NCBI GenBank assembly: GCA_946547105.1
Contig: CAMNOV010000002.1
Location: 5,055-69,054, forward strand
Length of the DNA: 64,000 nt
Source of the DNA: an uncultured Clostridia bacterium
Lineage (GTDB): Bacteria; Bacillota; Clostridia; Oscillospirales; Oscillospiraceae
Direction: 5' to 3'
A program made the position numbers and the translations under genes. Numbering within the stretch: the stretch's first letter is position 1; each line of letters starts with the position of its first letter. Below, one piece after another: positions 33,397 through 42,761 of this stretch. The notes below the pieces were generated by a model that searched no databases, had not been told where the DNA came from, and saw nothing but the letters and a program-made list of their open reading frames with translations.

Positions 33397-35508
33397 TTGA
33401 AACAGGGCAGCAAAAAAAACATGTTATATTCGCAATATTTCTCCCAATATTTCCTGGACACCTGGGGGATCGAAGCGGATGCGGAACTGAAAACTGAGCT
33501 TGTTTCGCCTAAGACGCTTCTGACTGCCAACCGGTTGGATCTGGCCTGCAAGCTTTACTTTATTGACTGCCTGGAAAAAAAGGTGGATATGAGCTTCGCA
33601 AGGCAGCTGTATCAGGCCCATCTTGCGGCTTTTTCCGGCGGAAGTTTCGTGGAACCCGGACAGAACGCCAAGAACTCCCCGCAGGACTATTATGACAGCT
33701 TTTGCCGCTTGATCGATGACATGCGGGAGCATGGCTTCGATCAAGCACGGTCTGTCGTGCCTGTCGGTGACAATGGTGCGATCCTGGACGGGGCCCATCG
33801 TGTCGCGATTGCAATCTATTACAATATTCCGCTTAGCATCGTCCGCATTCCTGGCCAAAGCTGCCGCTATGATTACGCCTATTTCCGGGATAAGAGCCTT
33901 CCGGAAGAGTATCTGGACTTTATGGCGTATCAGTTTATCCGATTTTCCGAGCGGGTCTATACGGTTTGTTTGTGGCCGGCTGCCGATCAGCCGGAAAAAC
34001 TGACCGAAGCGGATCGTTTGATCCGCCGCTATTCCTCCGTCGCGTATCGGAAAACAATCGCGTTGAACTACAATGCGGTAGAGCAACTGATGATCAGCTT
34101 TTATCACAGCATGTCCTGGACGGGCTCTATAGACAACGGATTCCGCGGCGTGGCCTCCAAGGCAAAGGATTGCTTCCGGGCTAAATCGCTGACAAATGTA
34201 TATATAATCTGCGACGTGGATTTGGAGCGGGTGCTGGAACTCAAGCAGCGCATCCGGGACCTGTATGCCATAGACAATTCCTCTGTCCACATCACCGACA
34301 CCCATGCCGAGGCGATCGAGGCAGGAAAACTGCTGCTGTTTCGCAACAGCATCGACCTGATGAATGCCCGAAATCCTTTTCGTGACGCTGATTTCATCGA
34401 GGTTTTTTCTTCCAAGGAAAAGGTTTTCCAGCACTGCTCCTGCCCGGATACGACGTTGGCCCTCTATGGGATCGGCGCTCATTGTTTGAGCGATGGATGC
34501 GGAGATACGACCGACTGGGAGGATCCGAAGGATTATTTTTATTTCTGGGGCGTGAAGATGCCGTCGCTCAGTTGCGTAAAAGCAATCAGGCAGCGGAGCG
34601 GCAGCCCGGAAGATCGGGAGGACGTGCGCCAGATCGAGGCCTTTGAGCGGGAGAGACGCAGCGGCTTTACCGCGTGGAAAGAACGGGCAGGACAGACGGC
34701 CCGGAGCTTCTCTCAGCGCCTGCAGCGCGCTTTCCGTACGATGCGCGCAGAGACCGTCCGAGCGGCTAAGATTTTCTATCACCGATTTAAATACAGGAAA
34801 ATCGGTCCGGGTTCCGGGAAACGGAACGTGATGGATCTAAAGTACGTTTTTTTGAATATCAACACGACGACGGCCGATTATCTTGTGATGCGCAACTGGG
34901 AGGGATTCTATGACGATATCCTTCTGGAAGGGCATAACGATATTGATATCCTCTGCCGGGACCGCGACAGCCGCGATATCATCGTTCGTCTTTTGGACGC
35001 CAGACCCCTGACACCGGACGGCTTCCATTACAGTTTCCAGTATCAGGGCAGGGCTGTCACGCTTGATACGCGAATCATGGGGGACGGCTACTATGACCGT
35101 CGCTGGCAGCGTGATATGCTGAAAACGAAAAAACTCCATCCGCAGGGTTTCTATATTATGAACCCGGAGAATTACTACTATTCTCTGATCTATCACGCGA
35201 TTTACCAGAAAAAAACCGGTCTGTCTGAAGAGTATTTGCAGCGGCTCAATCAAATGTCTGACGCTGACATCGTGTTGGCACAGAATGAGTTCGCTTCCCG
35301 GCTGGATGATTTCATGCGGGCGAAGCACTATGTTTATACCCAAACCGAAGATCAAAGCGTGACGCTGAATTTCACGATTACGCCTTTCAAAAAAGAAATC
35401 TGCTATCCGTTCGCTATTCGCCTTCGTCACTTTGTGCAGCATGTGAAAAGGAAGCACTTGCTTCAGCGTTTGAAGATCAGGATTCGAAAGATGGTTATCA
35501 GGAGTTGA
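33397..35508 (+). CDS. large hypothetical two-part protein (703 aa)
   Basis: Start uncertain: TTG 33397 after GGGGGAAGAGAG, or ATG 33421. The N-terminal part has 'VPVGDNGAILDGAHRVAIAIY', a ParB/Srx-like DGxHR-type motif. The C-terminal part has 'EGHNDIDILCRDRD', minimal-nucleotidyltransferase-like. No family confidently recognised. Confidence 0.55.
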   Translation: MKQGSKKNMLYSQYFSQYFLDTWGIEADAELKTELVSPKTLLTANRLDLACKLYFIDCLEKKVDMSFARQLYQAHLAAFSGGSFVEPGQNAKNSPQDYYDSFCRLIDDMREHGFDQARSVVPVGDNGAILDGAHRVAIAIYYNIPLSIVRIPGQSCRYDYAYFRDKSLPEEYLDFMAYQFIRFSERVYTVCLWPAADQPEKLTEADRLIRRYSSVAYRKTIALNYNAVEQLMISFYHSMSWTGSIDNGFRGVASKAKDCFRAKSLTNVYIICDVDLERVLELKQRIRDLYAIDNSSVHITDTHAEAIEAGKLLLFRNSIDLMNARNPFRDADFIEVFSSKEKVFQHCSCPDTTLALYGIGAHCLSDGCGDTTDWEDPKDYFYFWGVKMPSLSCVKAIRQRSGSPEDREDVRQIEAFERERRSGFTAWKERAGQTARSFSQRLQRAFRTMRAETVRAAKIFYHRFKYRKIGPGSGKRNVMDLKYVFLNINTTTADYLVMRNWEGFYDDILLEGHNDIDILCRDRDSRDIIVRLLDARPLTPDGFHYSFQYQGRAVTLDTRIMGDGYYDRRWQRDMLKTKKLHPQGFYIMNPENYYYSLIYHAIYQKKTGLSEEYLQRLNQMSDADIVLAQNEFASRLDDFMRAKHYVYTQTEDQSVTLNFTITPFKKEICYPFAIRLRHFVQHVKRKHLLQRLKIRIRKMVIRS

Positions 35509-35511
35509 AAA

Positions 35512-36462
35512 ATGTCACAGATTACAGTGATAGTGCCTGTCTATAAGGTCGAGGCCTATATCGACCGGTGCCTGGAAAGTATTCTTGCCCAGTCATTTAC
35601 TGATTTCGATCTCGTACTGGTGGACGACGGCTCTCCGGACAACTGCCCGAAGATTTGCGATGCCTATGCAGAGAAGGATGGCAGAATCACCGTGATCCAC
35701 AAACAAAACGGCGGCCTGTCCGACGCGCGCAACGCCGGGATCGACTGGGCCATGGAGCACAGCAACAGCGAATGGCTCGCATTTGTGGACAGCGACGATT
35801 ATCTTCACCCGGATTATCTGAAGATCCTTCTTGACACGGCCAAAAAAGAAAATGCGGACCTGGTGATCTGCGATTTCATTCGCGTGAACGAGCGGGACGA
35901 GATTATTGAAAGGGAACACAAGTTTTTTGACCTGGTCACAGAAGACAAGAACAAGCTGTTCCAGTTACTTTATTCCAATTGGCGTGTGATTCCAGCGTGG
36001 AATAAGCTCTATCACAAACATATTTTTGACGATTTGCGCTTTGCCTTCGGCAAGATCCATGAAGACGACTTTGCCATTCATCATGTGCTTTGGAATTGCC
36101 GGAAAGCGGTGATCATCCCGACCGGACTGTACTATTATCTTCAGCGCGCAAACAGCATCATGAAGACTGAAACTCCAAAGTCCAGATTGGATTCTCTGGA
36201 AGCGCTGGTTGAAAGCTACGAATTCAGTTTGGCTCGAGGCTTGCTCAACCCCAAAAGGATGTCTACAGACTACCTTCATAGCTTCGAAGCCATGAAGAAA
36301 GAACTAACGGTAGCGGAGAAGAAACGTCTCAACAGCCTGAGGAGGCGCTTTTCCATCGTCTATTTCAGCAATCCGGCAAACCGAAGCCTCAAGAAATATC
36401 TGGCCTTCCACTTTGGTCGCCTGTATCGGAAGGCTGGAGGAGTCTACAACCAGATGAGATAA
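35512..36462 (+). CDS. GT2-family glycosyltransferase
   Basis: 'ITVIVPVYKVEAYIDRCLESILAQSFTDFDLVLVDDGSPDNCP' and 'FVDSDD'. Confidence 0.85.
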   Translation: MSQITVIVPVYKVEAYIDRCLESILAQSFTDFDLVLVDDGSPDNCPKICDAYAEKDGRITVIHKQNGGLSDARNAGIDWAMEHSNSEWLAFVDSDDYLHPDYLKILLDTAKKENADLVICDFIRVNERDEIIEREHKFFDLVTEDKNKLFQLLYSNWRVIPAWNKLYHKHIFDDLRFAFGKIHEDDFAIHHVLWNCRKAVIIPTGLYYYLQRANSIMKTETPKSRLDSLEALVESYEFSLARGLLNPKRMSTDYLHSFEAMKKELTVAEKKRLNSLRRRFSIVYFSNPANRSLKKYLAFHFGRLYRKAGGVYNQMR

Positions 36463-36488
36463 AGGCGGCTGGCGATAGAGGTTCGTAT

Positions 36489-37514
36489 ATGGTTTCTATT
36501 ATTATTCCCGTCTATAATGCCCAGAAAACCCTCTTGGCCTGCGTGCAGTCCGTTCTTGATCAGACTTACAAAGACTGGGAACTGATCCTGGTCGACGACG
36601 GCTCTAAAGACGGCAGCGGAAAAATCTGCGAAGAGCTTCAGAAAAACTGCATAGCACAAGGTAAACCATGCCAGGTGATTCATCAGGAAAACCGCGGCGT
36701 GTCCGCCGCCAGGAACTGCGGGATCGAACATGTCAACGGGGAATTCTTCGTCTGCGTCGACAGTGACGATCGGATCGAGCCCGGTTATCTGGAGGACCTG
36801 GTCAGCACGGCCGAAGCCCATCCGGAGTTTGGTCATGTCCTCTGCGGCTTCCGATGCAGTTCTCATGTATATAATTATATTTATTCAGACCAAGAGGAAC
36901 TATCCGTTTTGGATCGTTCAAAATATATGCTCCTGCTCGATAAAATCTTGGTTCAAAGTCCTTGCCTGGCTCTCTACAGAACGCAACTCGTGCGGTCACA
37001 CCATATAAAAATGAGGGAGGAGTTGAGCTTAGCCGAGGATATGCTTTTCAATCTGGACTACCTTAATGTGCTGGATCAAACGACGATTGGCGTGGTCAAT
37101 AAAGCAAATTATATTTATCAGGATGAAGACCAGACTTCTCTTTATCGGAAATACCGAAAGGACCTGCTTCCAATTTATGAAAAGGTTAATCAGGCGACCT
37201 TTCGGTACTTGAAGGAATGGGACATTACGGACGATGATTCCTGGAATCGGTATTATCAATCAGTGATCAACCACTATAACTCCGTCCTGAAAAATACTTT
37301 TCATAAAGATAATCCGATGACAACAGAAGAAAAATACAAATTCAATAATGAGATCCTCCGCTCGGAAGCATTTCAGGAAGTACTGAAAAAACGACCAAAT
37401 GCAGTGCCCGCTTGGTTGCTTCGTGCTTTTCGATCGGGCAATTATCGGCGGGTAATTGCGGCTGAAAAGATGCAGAGTACAAAACGTTGGATTGCAGTTG
37501 CTTTCAGACGATGA
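36489..37514 (+). CDS. GT2-family glycosyltransferase
   Basis: 'VSIIIPVYNAQKTLLACVQSVLDQTYKDWELILVDDGSKDGS' and 'CVDSDD'. Confidence 0.85.
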   Translation: MVSIIIPVYNAQKTLLACVQSVLDQTYKDWELILVDDGSKDGSGKICEELQKNCIAQGKPCQVIHQENRGVSAARNCGIEHVNGEFFVCVDSDDRIEPGYLEDLVSTAEAHPEFGHVLCGFRCSSHVYNYIYSDQEELSVLDRSKYMLLLDKILVQSPCLALYRTQLVRSHHIKMREELSLAEDMLFNLDYLNVLDQTTIGVVNKANYIYQDEDQTSLYRKYRKDLLPIYEKVNQATFRYLKEWDITDDDSWNRYYQSVINHYNSVLKNTFHKDNPMTTEEKYKFNNEILRSEAFQEVLKKRPNAVPAWLLRAFRSGNYRRVIAAEKMQSTKRWIAVAFRR

Positions 37515-37540
37515 AGCCTTCTGCCATTTGGTGACGATCT

Positions 37541-38107
37541 ATGATTCAGACGAAACAAAACCTTATAGACTATATCGCGGCGGATAATCGATGGTATCAG
37601 AAAAAAAGCTTAAAATGGCGCATGATTGAAGCGTTTACCGCAGCACCATATTATGAACTGAAGAAATATCTGAGATATCTGAGAACCTATGAGTATTACC
37701 TGAACAATTCCAAAGGCAGCAGATGGAATACTTATATGAGCTATTTCTATGAACGGAAGAAAAACCGACTCGGAGAAAAACTAGGCATTGAGATCGGCCC
37801 AAACTGTTTCGGCAAAGGGCTTTCCATTTGGCACGCCGGCTGCATTGTGGTCAATCCCGGCGTAAGAGCGGGAGAAAACTGCATTCTGCACGGCGCCAAC
37901 TGTATTGGCAATAACGGGAAGTCGGATCAGTCTCCTATTCTGGGTGACGGCGTGGAACTCGGTTTCGGTGCGGTTGTCATCGGGGATGTGACGGTGGCCG
38001 ACCGGACGGTCATCGGAGCAAACGCCGTGGTCAACCGTTCCATTGAGGAACCCGGAGGCACTTATGTCGGCGTTCCGGTCAAAAGAATTCAACACAGAGT
38101 GAAATGA
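37541..38107 (+). CDS. left-handed beta-helix (hexapeptide) O-acetyltransferase, serine-acetyltransferase-like
   Basis: The N-terminal helical region 'YYELKKYLRYLRTYEYY' is followed by hexapeptide repeats 'GIEIGPNCFGKGLSIWHAGCIVVNPGVRAGENCILHGANCIG'. Confidence 0.75.
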   Translation: MIQTKQNLIDYIAADNRWYQKKSLKWRMIEAFTAAPYYELKKYLRYLRTYEYYLNNSKGSRWNTYMSYFYERKKNRLGEKLGIEIGPNCFGKGLSIWHAGCIVVNPGVRAGENCILHGANCIGNNGKSDQSPILGDGVELGFGAVVIGDVTVADRTVIGANAVVNRSIEEPGGTYVGVPVKRIQHRVK

Positions 38108-38141
38108 ACAACATGGTCATTCAAAAAGGGAGTGACGGAAG

Positions 38142-38792
38142 ATGAAAACTAGCACAGTATTCACTAAAGGAATTAACTATTATTACAGGGTAAAAAGGGA
38201 ATTGTGGCTCAAGCAACTGCGGAAAAGAAACCACAATCATGACTTCAGCCTTATCTCCAATGATTGTACTGGGGGAGTAATTTGCCACGATCTCGGCGAA
38301 CAGTTTCGTTCTCCGACTGTCAACCTCTGGATCCCCAACACACAATTTCTCGCATTTGCCCAGAATCTGCAGTATTATCTCTCGTGTGAGATGCGTGAAA
38401 CACCTGATGGGTCCAAACTGTATCCGGTAGGAACGATCATACCAAAGGACGAGGATCATATTCCGATCGAAGTGAATTTTGAGCATTATCCCAGTTTCAA
38501 TGCAGGTTATGCAAAATGGAAGGAACGCAGCAAGAGAGTCAATTATGACAAGCTGTATTTCGTCTGGCACTATTTCGGAGAAAATGCTGACGAAGATGTG
38601 AAGGCTTTTGATTGCTGGAAAGCGAGAAAACTCATCATTCTTCATGCTCCGATGGAAGGACTGGAGTCGTACAAAACCGTAACTTGCTATCGGTCAGAGC
38701 CATACCATGGGAAAATACTATCTATTATCAAAAAAACAGGGAAAAGGTACTTGGACGAAATCAACTATACGGACTTCTTGTCTATGGAATAA
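38142..38792 (+). CDS. DUF1919-family exopolysaccharide biosynthesis protein
   Basis: 'FSLISNDCTGGVICHDLGEQFRSPTVNLWI' matches the conserved N-terminal block of DUF1919 proteins. Confidence 0.65.
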   Translation: MKTSTVFTKGINYYYRVKRELWLKQLRKRNHNHDFSLISNDCTGGVICHDLGEQFRSPTVNLWIPNTQFLAFAQNLQYYLSCEMRETPDGSKLYPVGTIIPKDEDHIPIEVNFEHYPSFNAGYAKWKERSKRVNYDKLYFVWHYFGENADEDVKAFDCWKARKLIILHAPMEGLESYKTVTCYRSEPYHGKILSIIKKTGKRYLDEINYTDFLSME

Positions 38793-38941
38793 AACTCCCG
38801 TCTTCGTTCCTTCGTGAGATAACCCTACTCGGCGGTGAAGAACGTGAGCCAGGCAATATCGGATGCTGCTGTATATCTGTGAAGATTTGCGTAATGCCTC
38901 GTGAAAGGAAATAAACATATGTTTCAGTCATTATAGAAAAA

Positions 38942-39457
38942 ATGCGATATTACTGGTATGTCCGAATTCTTAAAATGGATGAAATGGACTTTCGTATTAT
39001 GCTGATGAGGCGCCGGGGAATCAAAATCGGAGATAACTGTAAGATATACACCTTCATTAGCGCTGTTGAAGCTAGTTTGATTTCGATCGGGGATCGTACT
39101 ACGATCAGCAGTAACGTTGAATTTTGCACCCATGATAATGCGATCCGCAAAGCGATTCCGGGAACTACCGATCTAATGGGGAGAATCACTGTGGGGAATG
39201 ATTGCTTCTTGGGAATGCACAGCATTCTTCTTTATGGAGTTACGCTCGGCGATCACTGCATCGTCGAAGCGGGAGCAGTTGTTACGAAAAGCTTTCCTTC
39301 CGGATCAGTGATCGCGGGAAATCCGGCAAAACGAATCTGCGGCATCGAGGAATATGCAAGAAAATATCAAAAACAGGCGTATAATTATGAGCCTATTCCG
39401 CTTATCGACCAGCCTGCTTTTTTTGACGCGCATCCCGAACTGATGGTGAAGCGCTGA
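38942..39457 (+). CDS. hexapeptide-repeat acetyltransferase (maltose/galactoside O-acetyltransferase-like)
   Basis: 'IKIGDNCKI', 'ISIGDRTTISSNV', 'ITVGNDCFLGMHSILLYGVTLGDHCIVEAGAVV' and 'IAGNPAKRI'. Start uncertain because the RBS is poor. Confidence 0.7.
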   Translation: MRYYWYVRILKMDEMDFRIMLMRRRGIKIGDNCKIYTFISAVEASLISIGDRTTISSNVEFCTHDNAIRKAIPGTTDLMGRITVGNDCFLGMHSILLYGVTLGDHCIVEAGAVVTKSFPSGSVIAGNPAKRICGIEEYARKYQKQAYNYEPIPLIDQPAFFDAHPELMVKR

Positions 39458-39461
39458 TGTT

Positions 39462-39490
39462 TTCACGGTAAGGGGCAACAATGGTATAAT
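39462..39490 (+). promoter_or_regulatory. possible internal promoter (extended -10) for licD3/deacetylase
   Basis: TTCACG, 17-nt spacer, TATAAT, with TGg immediately upstream (aaTGgTATAAT). Confidence 0.4.
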
Positions 39491-39535
39491 AGTTCATCGG
39501 GAAAGGTTCTTTGTCAGACATACTTGGGAGGATCT

Positions 39536-40369
39536 ATGACACTTCGGGAGATTCAACTATATAAGCTTGGCATGATGAAAGATATCGCATCTATCTGCGA
39601 TCAGCACGGGATCAAATACATATTGCATTATGGGACATTGTTGGGCGCGATCCGTCACGGCGGTTTTATTCCCTGGGATGATGACGTTGATCTGGCGATG
39701 GCATGGAATGATTTCAAGAAACTGATTCAGATTTTGAATTGTGATTATTCAGATCGGTATTTTGCGCAGAGTATCTGGACGGAGGAGAGGTTTCCGCTTC
39801 TTTGGATGCAGATCCGAGCGAACGGAACGACCAGCATGCCTGTCGATTACGCATCTTATGATATCCATTGGGGGATGTGCATTGATGTTTTTGCACTTGT
39901 GGCTGCAGAGATCGACGAAAAGAAAAAGAGAAAAAGAGAAAAGATTATTCATCTGGTCAAATTGTTTCTTGAGAATGATTATCGGGAGATGACAAATCAA
40001 GAATTAAAAGGAAGAAGACTGAAACTGATTAATCGTATCCCGCGGGGAATACGGCGTCTGATTATTAGGACACTTTTGAAAGCAGTGGCCAGTGATCCGC
40101 AGGAAAATGGCTTTGTTTCCCCGCTTCAAAATCCCAAAAGAATTTATGCATATGCTGATATTATGAATACGGAAAAGCACGTCTTTGAAGGCCTGCTTTT
40201 CGATATTCCAAAGGGTTTTGAAAATGTGTTAAAGACCGAATACCGGGACTACATGACATTGCCGCCGGAAAACCAGCGTGGTGGACATGAGCTGGCTTTG
40301 GGTAGGATCATCAATGACGCAAACAAGGACTACAAAGAGTATCAGGCGGAACTGAAAGCAAACACATAG
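39536..40369 (+). CDS. licD: LicD-family phosphotransferase (copy 3)
   Basis: Start at ATG 39536 (RBS GGGAGGAtct). 'HYGTLLGAIRHGGFIPWDDDVDLAM' and 'YRDYMTLPPEN'. Confidence 0.85.
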   Translation: MTLREIQLYKLGMMKDIASICDQHGIKYILHYGTLLGAIRHGGFIPWDDDVDLAMAWNDFKKLIQILNCDYSDRYFAQSIWTEERFPLLWMQIRANGTTSMPVDYASYDIHWGMCIDVFALVAAEIDEKKKRKREKIIHLVKLFLENDYREMTNQELKGRRLKLINRIPRGIRRLIIRTLLKAVASDPQENGFVSPLQNPKRIYAYADIMNTEKHVFEGLLFDIPKGFENVLKTEYRDYMTLPPENQRGGHELALGRIINDANKDYKEYQAELKANT

Positions 40370-40415
40370 GATTGATTGCCCCGCGGCAGTTTTTGAGTAA
40401 AGTGAGAAAGAAACC

Positions 40416-41234
40416 ATGATCAATCAACTGCGAAAGTATTTCGTCAACCGTATCAGAGACAGTGTCGATCGGATCCCCTGCGAAATTCGCAGAAAGAAGG
40501 CGGCGGAGATCATCAGGAGTCATCATCCTTTGGTGCTGATGTATCATTCCGTCGTGCCGCATTATTCTGGTGAAGCCTATACTGTCAGCACGGCTACGGT
40601 GGAACAGAATATTGTCGACCTAATCGAGGATGGCTATAGCTTCGCGTTTGAAGACGAGTTTTTCAATTGTTCGTCGCAGAGTGTGATCCTGACGCTGGAC
40701 GACGGTTTCACAAATAATTACACAGAAGTATTTCCGCTTCTCAAAAAATACAATGTCAAAGCAAGCATCAATATGGTGGCAGATTGGGTTTCTGATCCGG
40801 AAGGAAAATATTTGACCCGCGAGCAGATTCAGGAGATGGAATCGAGCGGGCTGGTTCAGTTCCAGTCGCATACCTGCTCGCATCGATCATTGGATCAATT
40901 GACTAAGGAAGAGATCCAATATGAAATCACGGAGTCAAAGCGAAAGCTGCAGACTATTCTTCGGGGGGAGGTAAGCGTTCTTGCCTATCCGAGAGAAGAC
41001 TTTACGGAAGAAATTGCGCGAATGGCCTCTGAGCACTATGGCTTGTGCTACGGATGGAACGGGACTATGAAGATCGATCCCGAATACACTTTGCCACGGA
41101 TCGAAATAATGGAGAGCAACAGCGATTACGCATATAATATTCTGCTTGAGCATCGGATGCAAAACTATCACCGGGTGATATGGGCGCTGAGAAAAAACAA
41201 GCCGAAAAATGAATATCGAAGACTGCTGCTCTGA
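40416..41234 (+). CDS. polysaccharide deacetylase (NodB homology domain), no signal peptide
   Basis: 'VILTLDDGFTNNY..VFPLLKKYNVKASI' and 'QSHTCSHRSL' are NodB motifs 1-3. The N-terminus is hydrophilic. Confidence 0.8.
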   Translation: MINQLRKYFVNRIRDSVDRIPCEIRRKKAAEIIRSHHPLVLMYHSVVPHYSGEAYTVSTATVEQNIVDLIEDGYSFAFEDEFFNCSSQSVILTLDDGFTNNYTEVFPLLKKYNVKASINMVADWVSDPEGKYLTREQIQEMESSGLVQFQSHTCSHRSLDQLTKEEIQYEITESKRKLQTILRGEVSVLAYPREDFTEEIARMASEHYGLCYGWNGTMKIDPEYTLPRIEIMESNSDYAYNILLEHRMQNYHRVIWALRKNKPKNEYRRLLL

Positions 41235-41302
41235 ATTGCATTAAAATGCCTGGCGAACCTGGCGAGATCCTTCAGATTTTTTTCGCCCTAAACTTCGTAT
41301 TT

Positions 41303-41336
41303 AAAACCACCACCTTTGATTGAGGCGGTGGTTTTC
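41303..41336 (+). terminator. intrinsic terminator ending the glycan locus
   Basis: aaaaCCACCaCC-tttgattga-GGcGGTGGtttt. Confidence 0.7.
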
Positions 41337-41427
41337 TACGTGTATTGGCAATAGATCATCTCGTCCTCTGGAAAAAAACAGTCTAAAGGAATATCCCATG
41401 GGACTCTCATTCGTCTGTCTTCTCCGC

Positions 41428-41456
41428 TTGCCTTTCTACGGCAGATGGGTTACAAT
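41428..41456 (+). promoter_or_regulatory. putative promoter of the aminopeptidase gene
   Basis: TTGCCT, 17-nt spacer, TACAAT, 27 nt upstream of the RBS/ATG at 41484. Confidence 0.45.
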
Positions 41457-41483
41457 GAAAAAAACACAAAGGAGGCCTTTCCC

Positions 41484-42719
41484 ATGACAATCACCCAGGA
41501 ACTGCTGCAGAGCTACGCGCGGCTGATCGTGCGCTCCGGCGCCAACGTCCGCCCCGGACAGACCGTGCTGCTGAATATCGCGGTGGAGCAGGCGGCCTTC
41601 GCCGCGCTGCTGACCGAGGAATGTTATCTGGCCGGCGCAAAAAAGGTCAACGTGGAGTGGCAGAGCGACGCGATCTCCCGTCTGCATTTCCAGTATGCCT
41701 CGCAGGAGACGCTTGCGACGGTGCTGCCCTGGGAGGAAGCCAAGGCGCAGCAGATGGTCGAGGATCTGCCCTGCCGGATCTTCATCGCCTCGCAGGATCC
41801 CGACGCGCTGGCCGGCATCTCGCCGGAGAAGCTCTCCGCCGTGGGACAGGGCCGCGCCCGCGTTCTCAAGCCCTATCGCAACGCCATCGACGGCAGGCAC
41901 CAGTGGACGATCGCCGCTTATCCCTCTGAAAAGTGGGCGAAAAAGTGCTTCCCGGAGGAGACGACGGAGAATGCCGTCGCCAGGCTTTGGGAGGCGGTTC
42001 TGACGACCGTCCGCATCGACGGCGAGCACGATCCCGTGGCCGCCTGGGCGGCACATACGGCATTTATTTCGGAGAAAGCGGCCTGGCTCAACGCGCAGGA
42101 ATTTCGCTCGCTCCGCTATCACAGCGCCAACGGCACTGATTTCACCGTGGAGCTCATCCCCGGCGCCAGCTGGGAGGGTGCGGCCGCGGTCAACAGCAAC
42201 AACGGCGCAAGCTACATCCCCAACATGCCCACCGAGGAGATCTTTACTTCGCCTCAGGCCGGCCGCTGCGAGGGAACGCTGGTAGCCACCAAGCCCCTGT
42301 CCTGGAACAGCCAGCTGATCGAAAACTTTACCATTACCTTTGCAGACGGCCGCGCGGTATCCTGCCGGGCGGAAAAGGGCCAGGAGCTGCTGGAAAAGAT
42401 GATCGCAATGGACGAATGCGCCTGCATGCTCGGCGAGGTCGCCCTCGTTCCGAAGGAGAGCCCGGTCAACCGCTGCGGCTTCCTGTTCTATGAAACGCTC
42501 TTTGACGAGAACGCCTGCTGCCACGTTGCGCTGGGCGCGGGCTTCAAGGAAGTGCTGCCGGACGGCGATTCGCTCACGACGGAAGAGGCGAAGGCGCGCG
42601 GCGTCAACGACTCCATCATCCACGTGGACTTCATGGTCGGCAGCGACGACCTGTCCATCGACGGCATCCGCGCCGACGGCAGCAGCGCCCCTGTCTTCCG
42701 CAACGGCACCTGGGCCTGA
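41484..42719 (+). CDS. M29-family aminopeptidase (AmpS/PepS type)
   Basis: Start at ATG 41484 (RBS AAGGAGG). 'LL.SYARLIVRSGANVRPGQTVLLNIAVE' and 'IHVDFM.GS' are typical of thermophilic metalloprotease M29. Confidence 0.85.
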   Translation: MTITQELLQSYARLIVRSGANVRPGQTVLLNIAVEQAAFAALLTEECYLAGAKKVNVEWQSDAISRLHFQYASQETLATVLPWEEAKAQQMVEDLPCRIFIASQDPDALAGISPEKLSAVGQGRARVLKPYRNAIDGRHQWTIAAYPSEKWAKKCFPEETTENAVARLWEAVLTTVRIDGEHDPVAAWAAHTAFISEKAAWLNAQEFRSLRYHSANGTDFTVELIPGASWEGAAAVNSNNGASYIPNMPTEEIFTSPQAGRCEGTLVATKPLSWNSQLIENFTITFADGRAVSCRAEKGQELLEKMIAMDECACMLGEVALVPKESPVNRCGFLFYETLFDENACCHVALGAGFKEVLPDGDSLTTEEAKARGVNDSIIHVDFMVGSDDLSIDGIRADGSSAPVFRNGTWA

Positions 42720-42761
42720 GCGCAGGTCATGAACCCACGATCAAATGAAAGGGGAGCGCCC

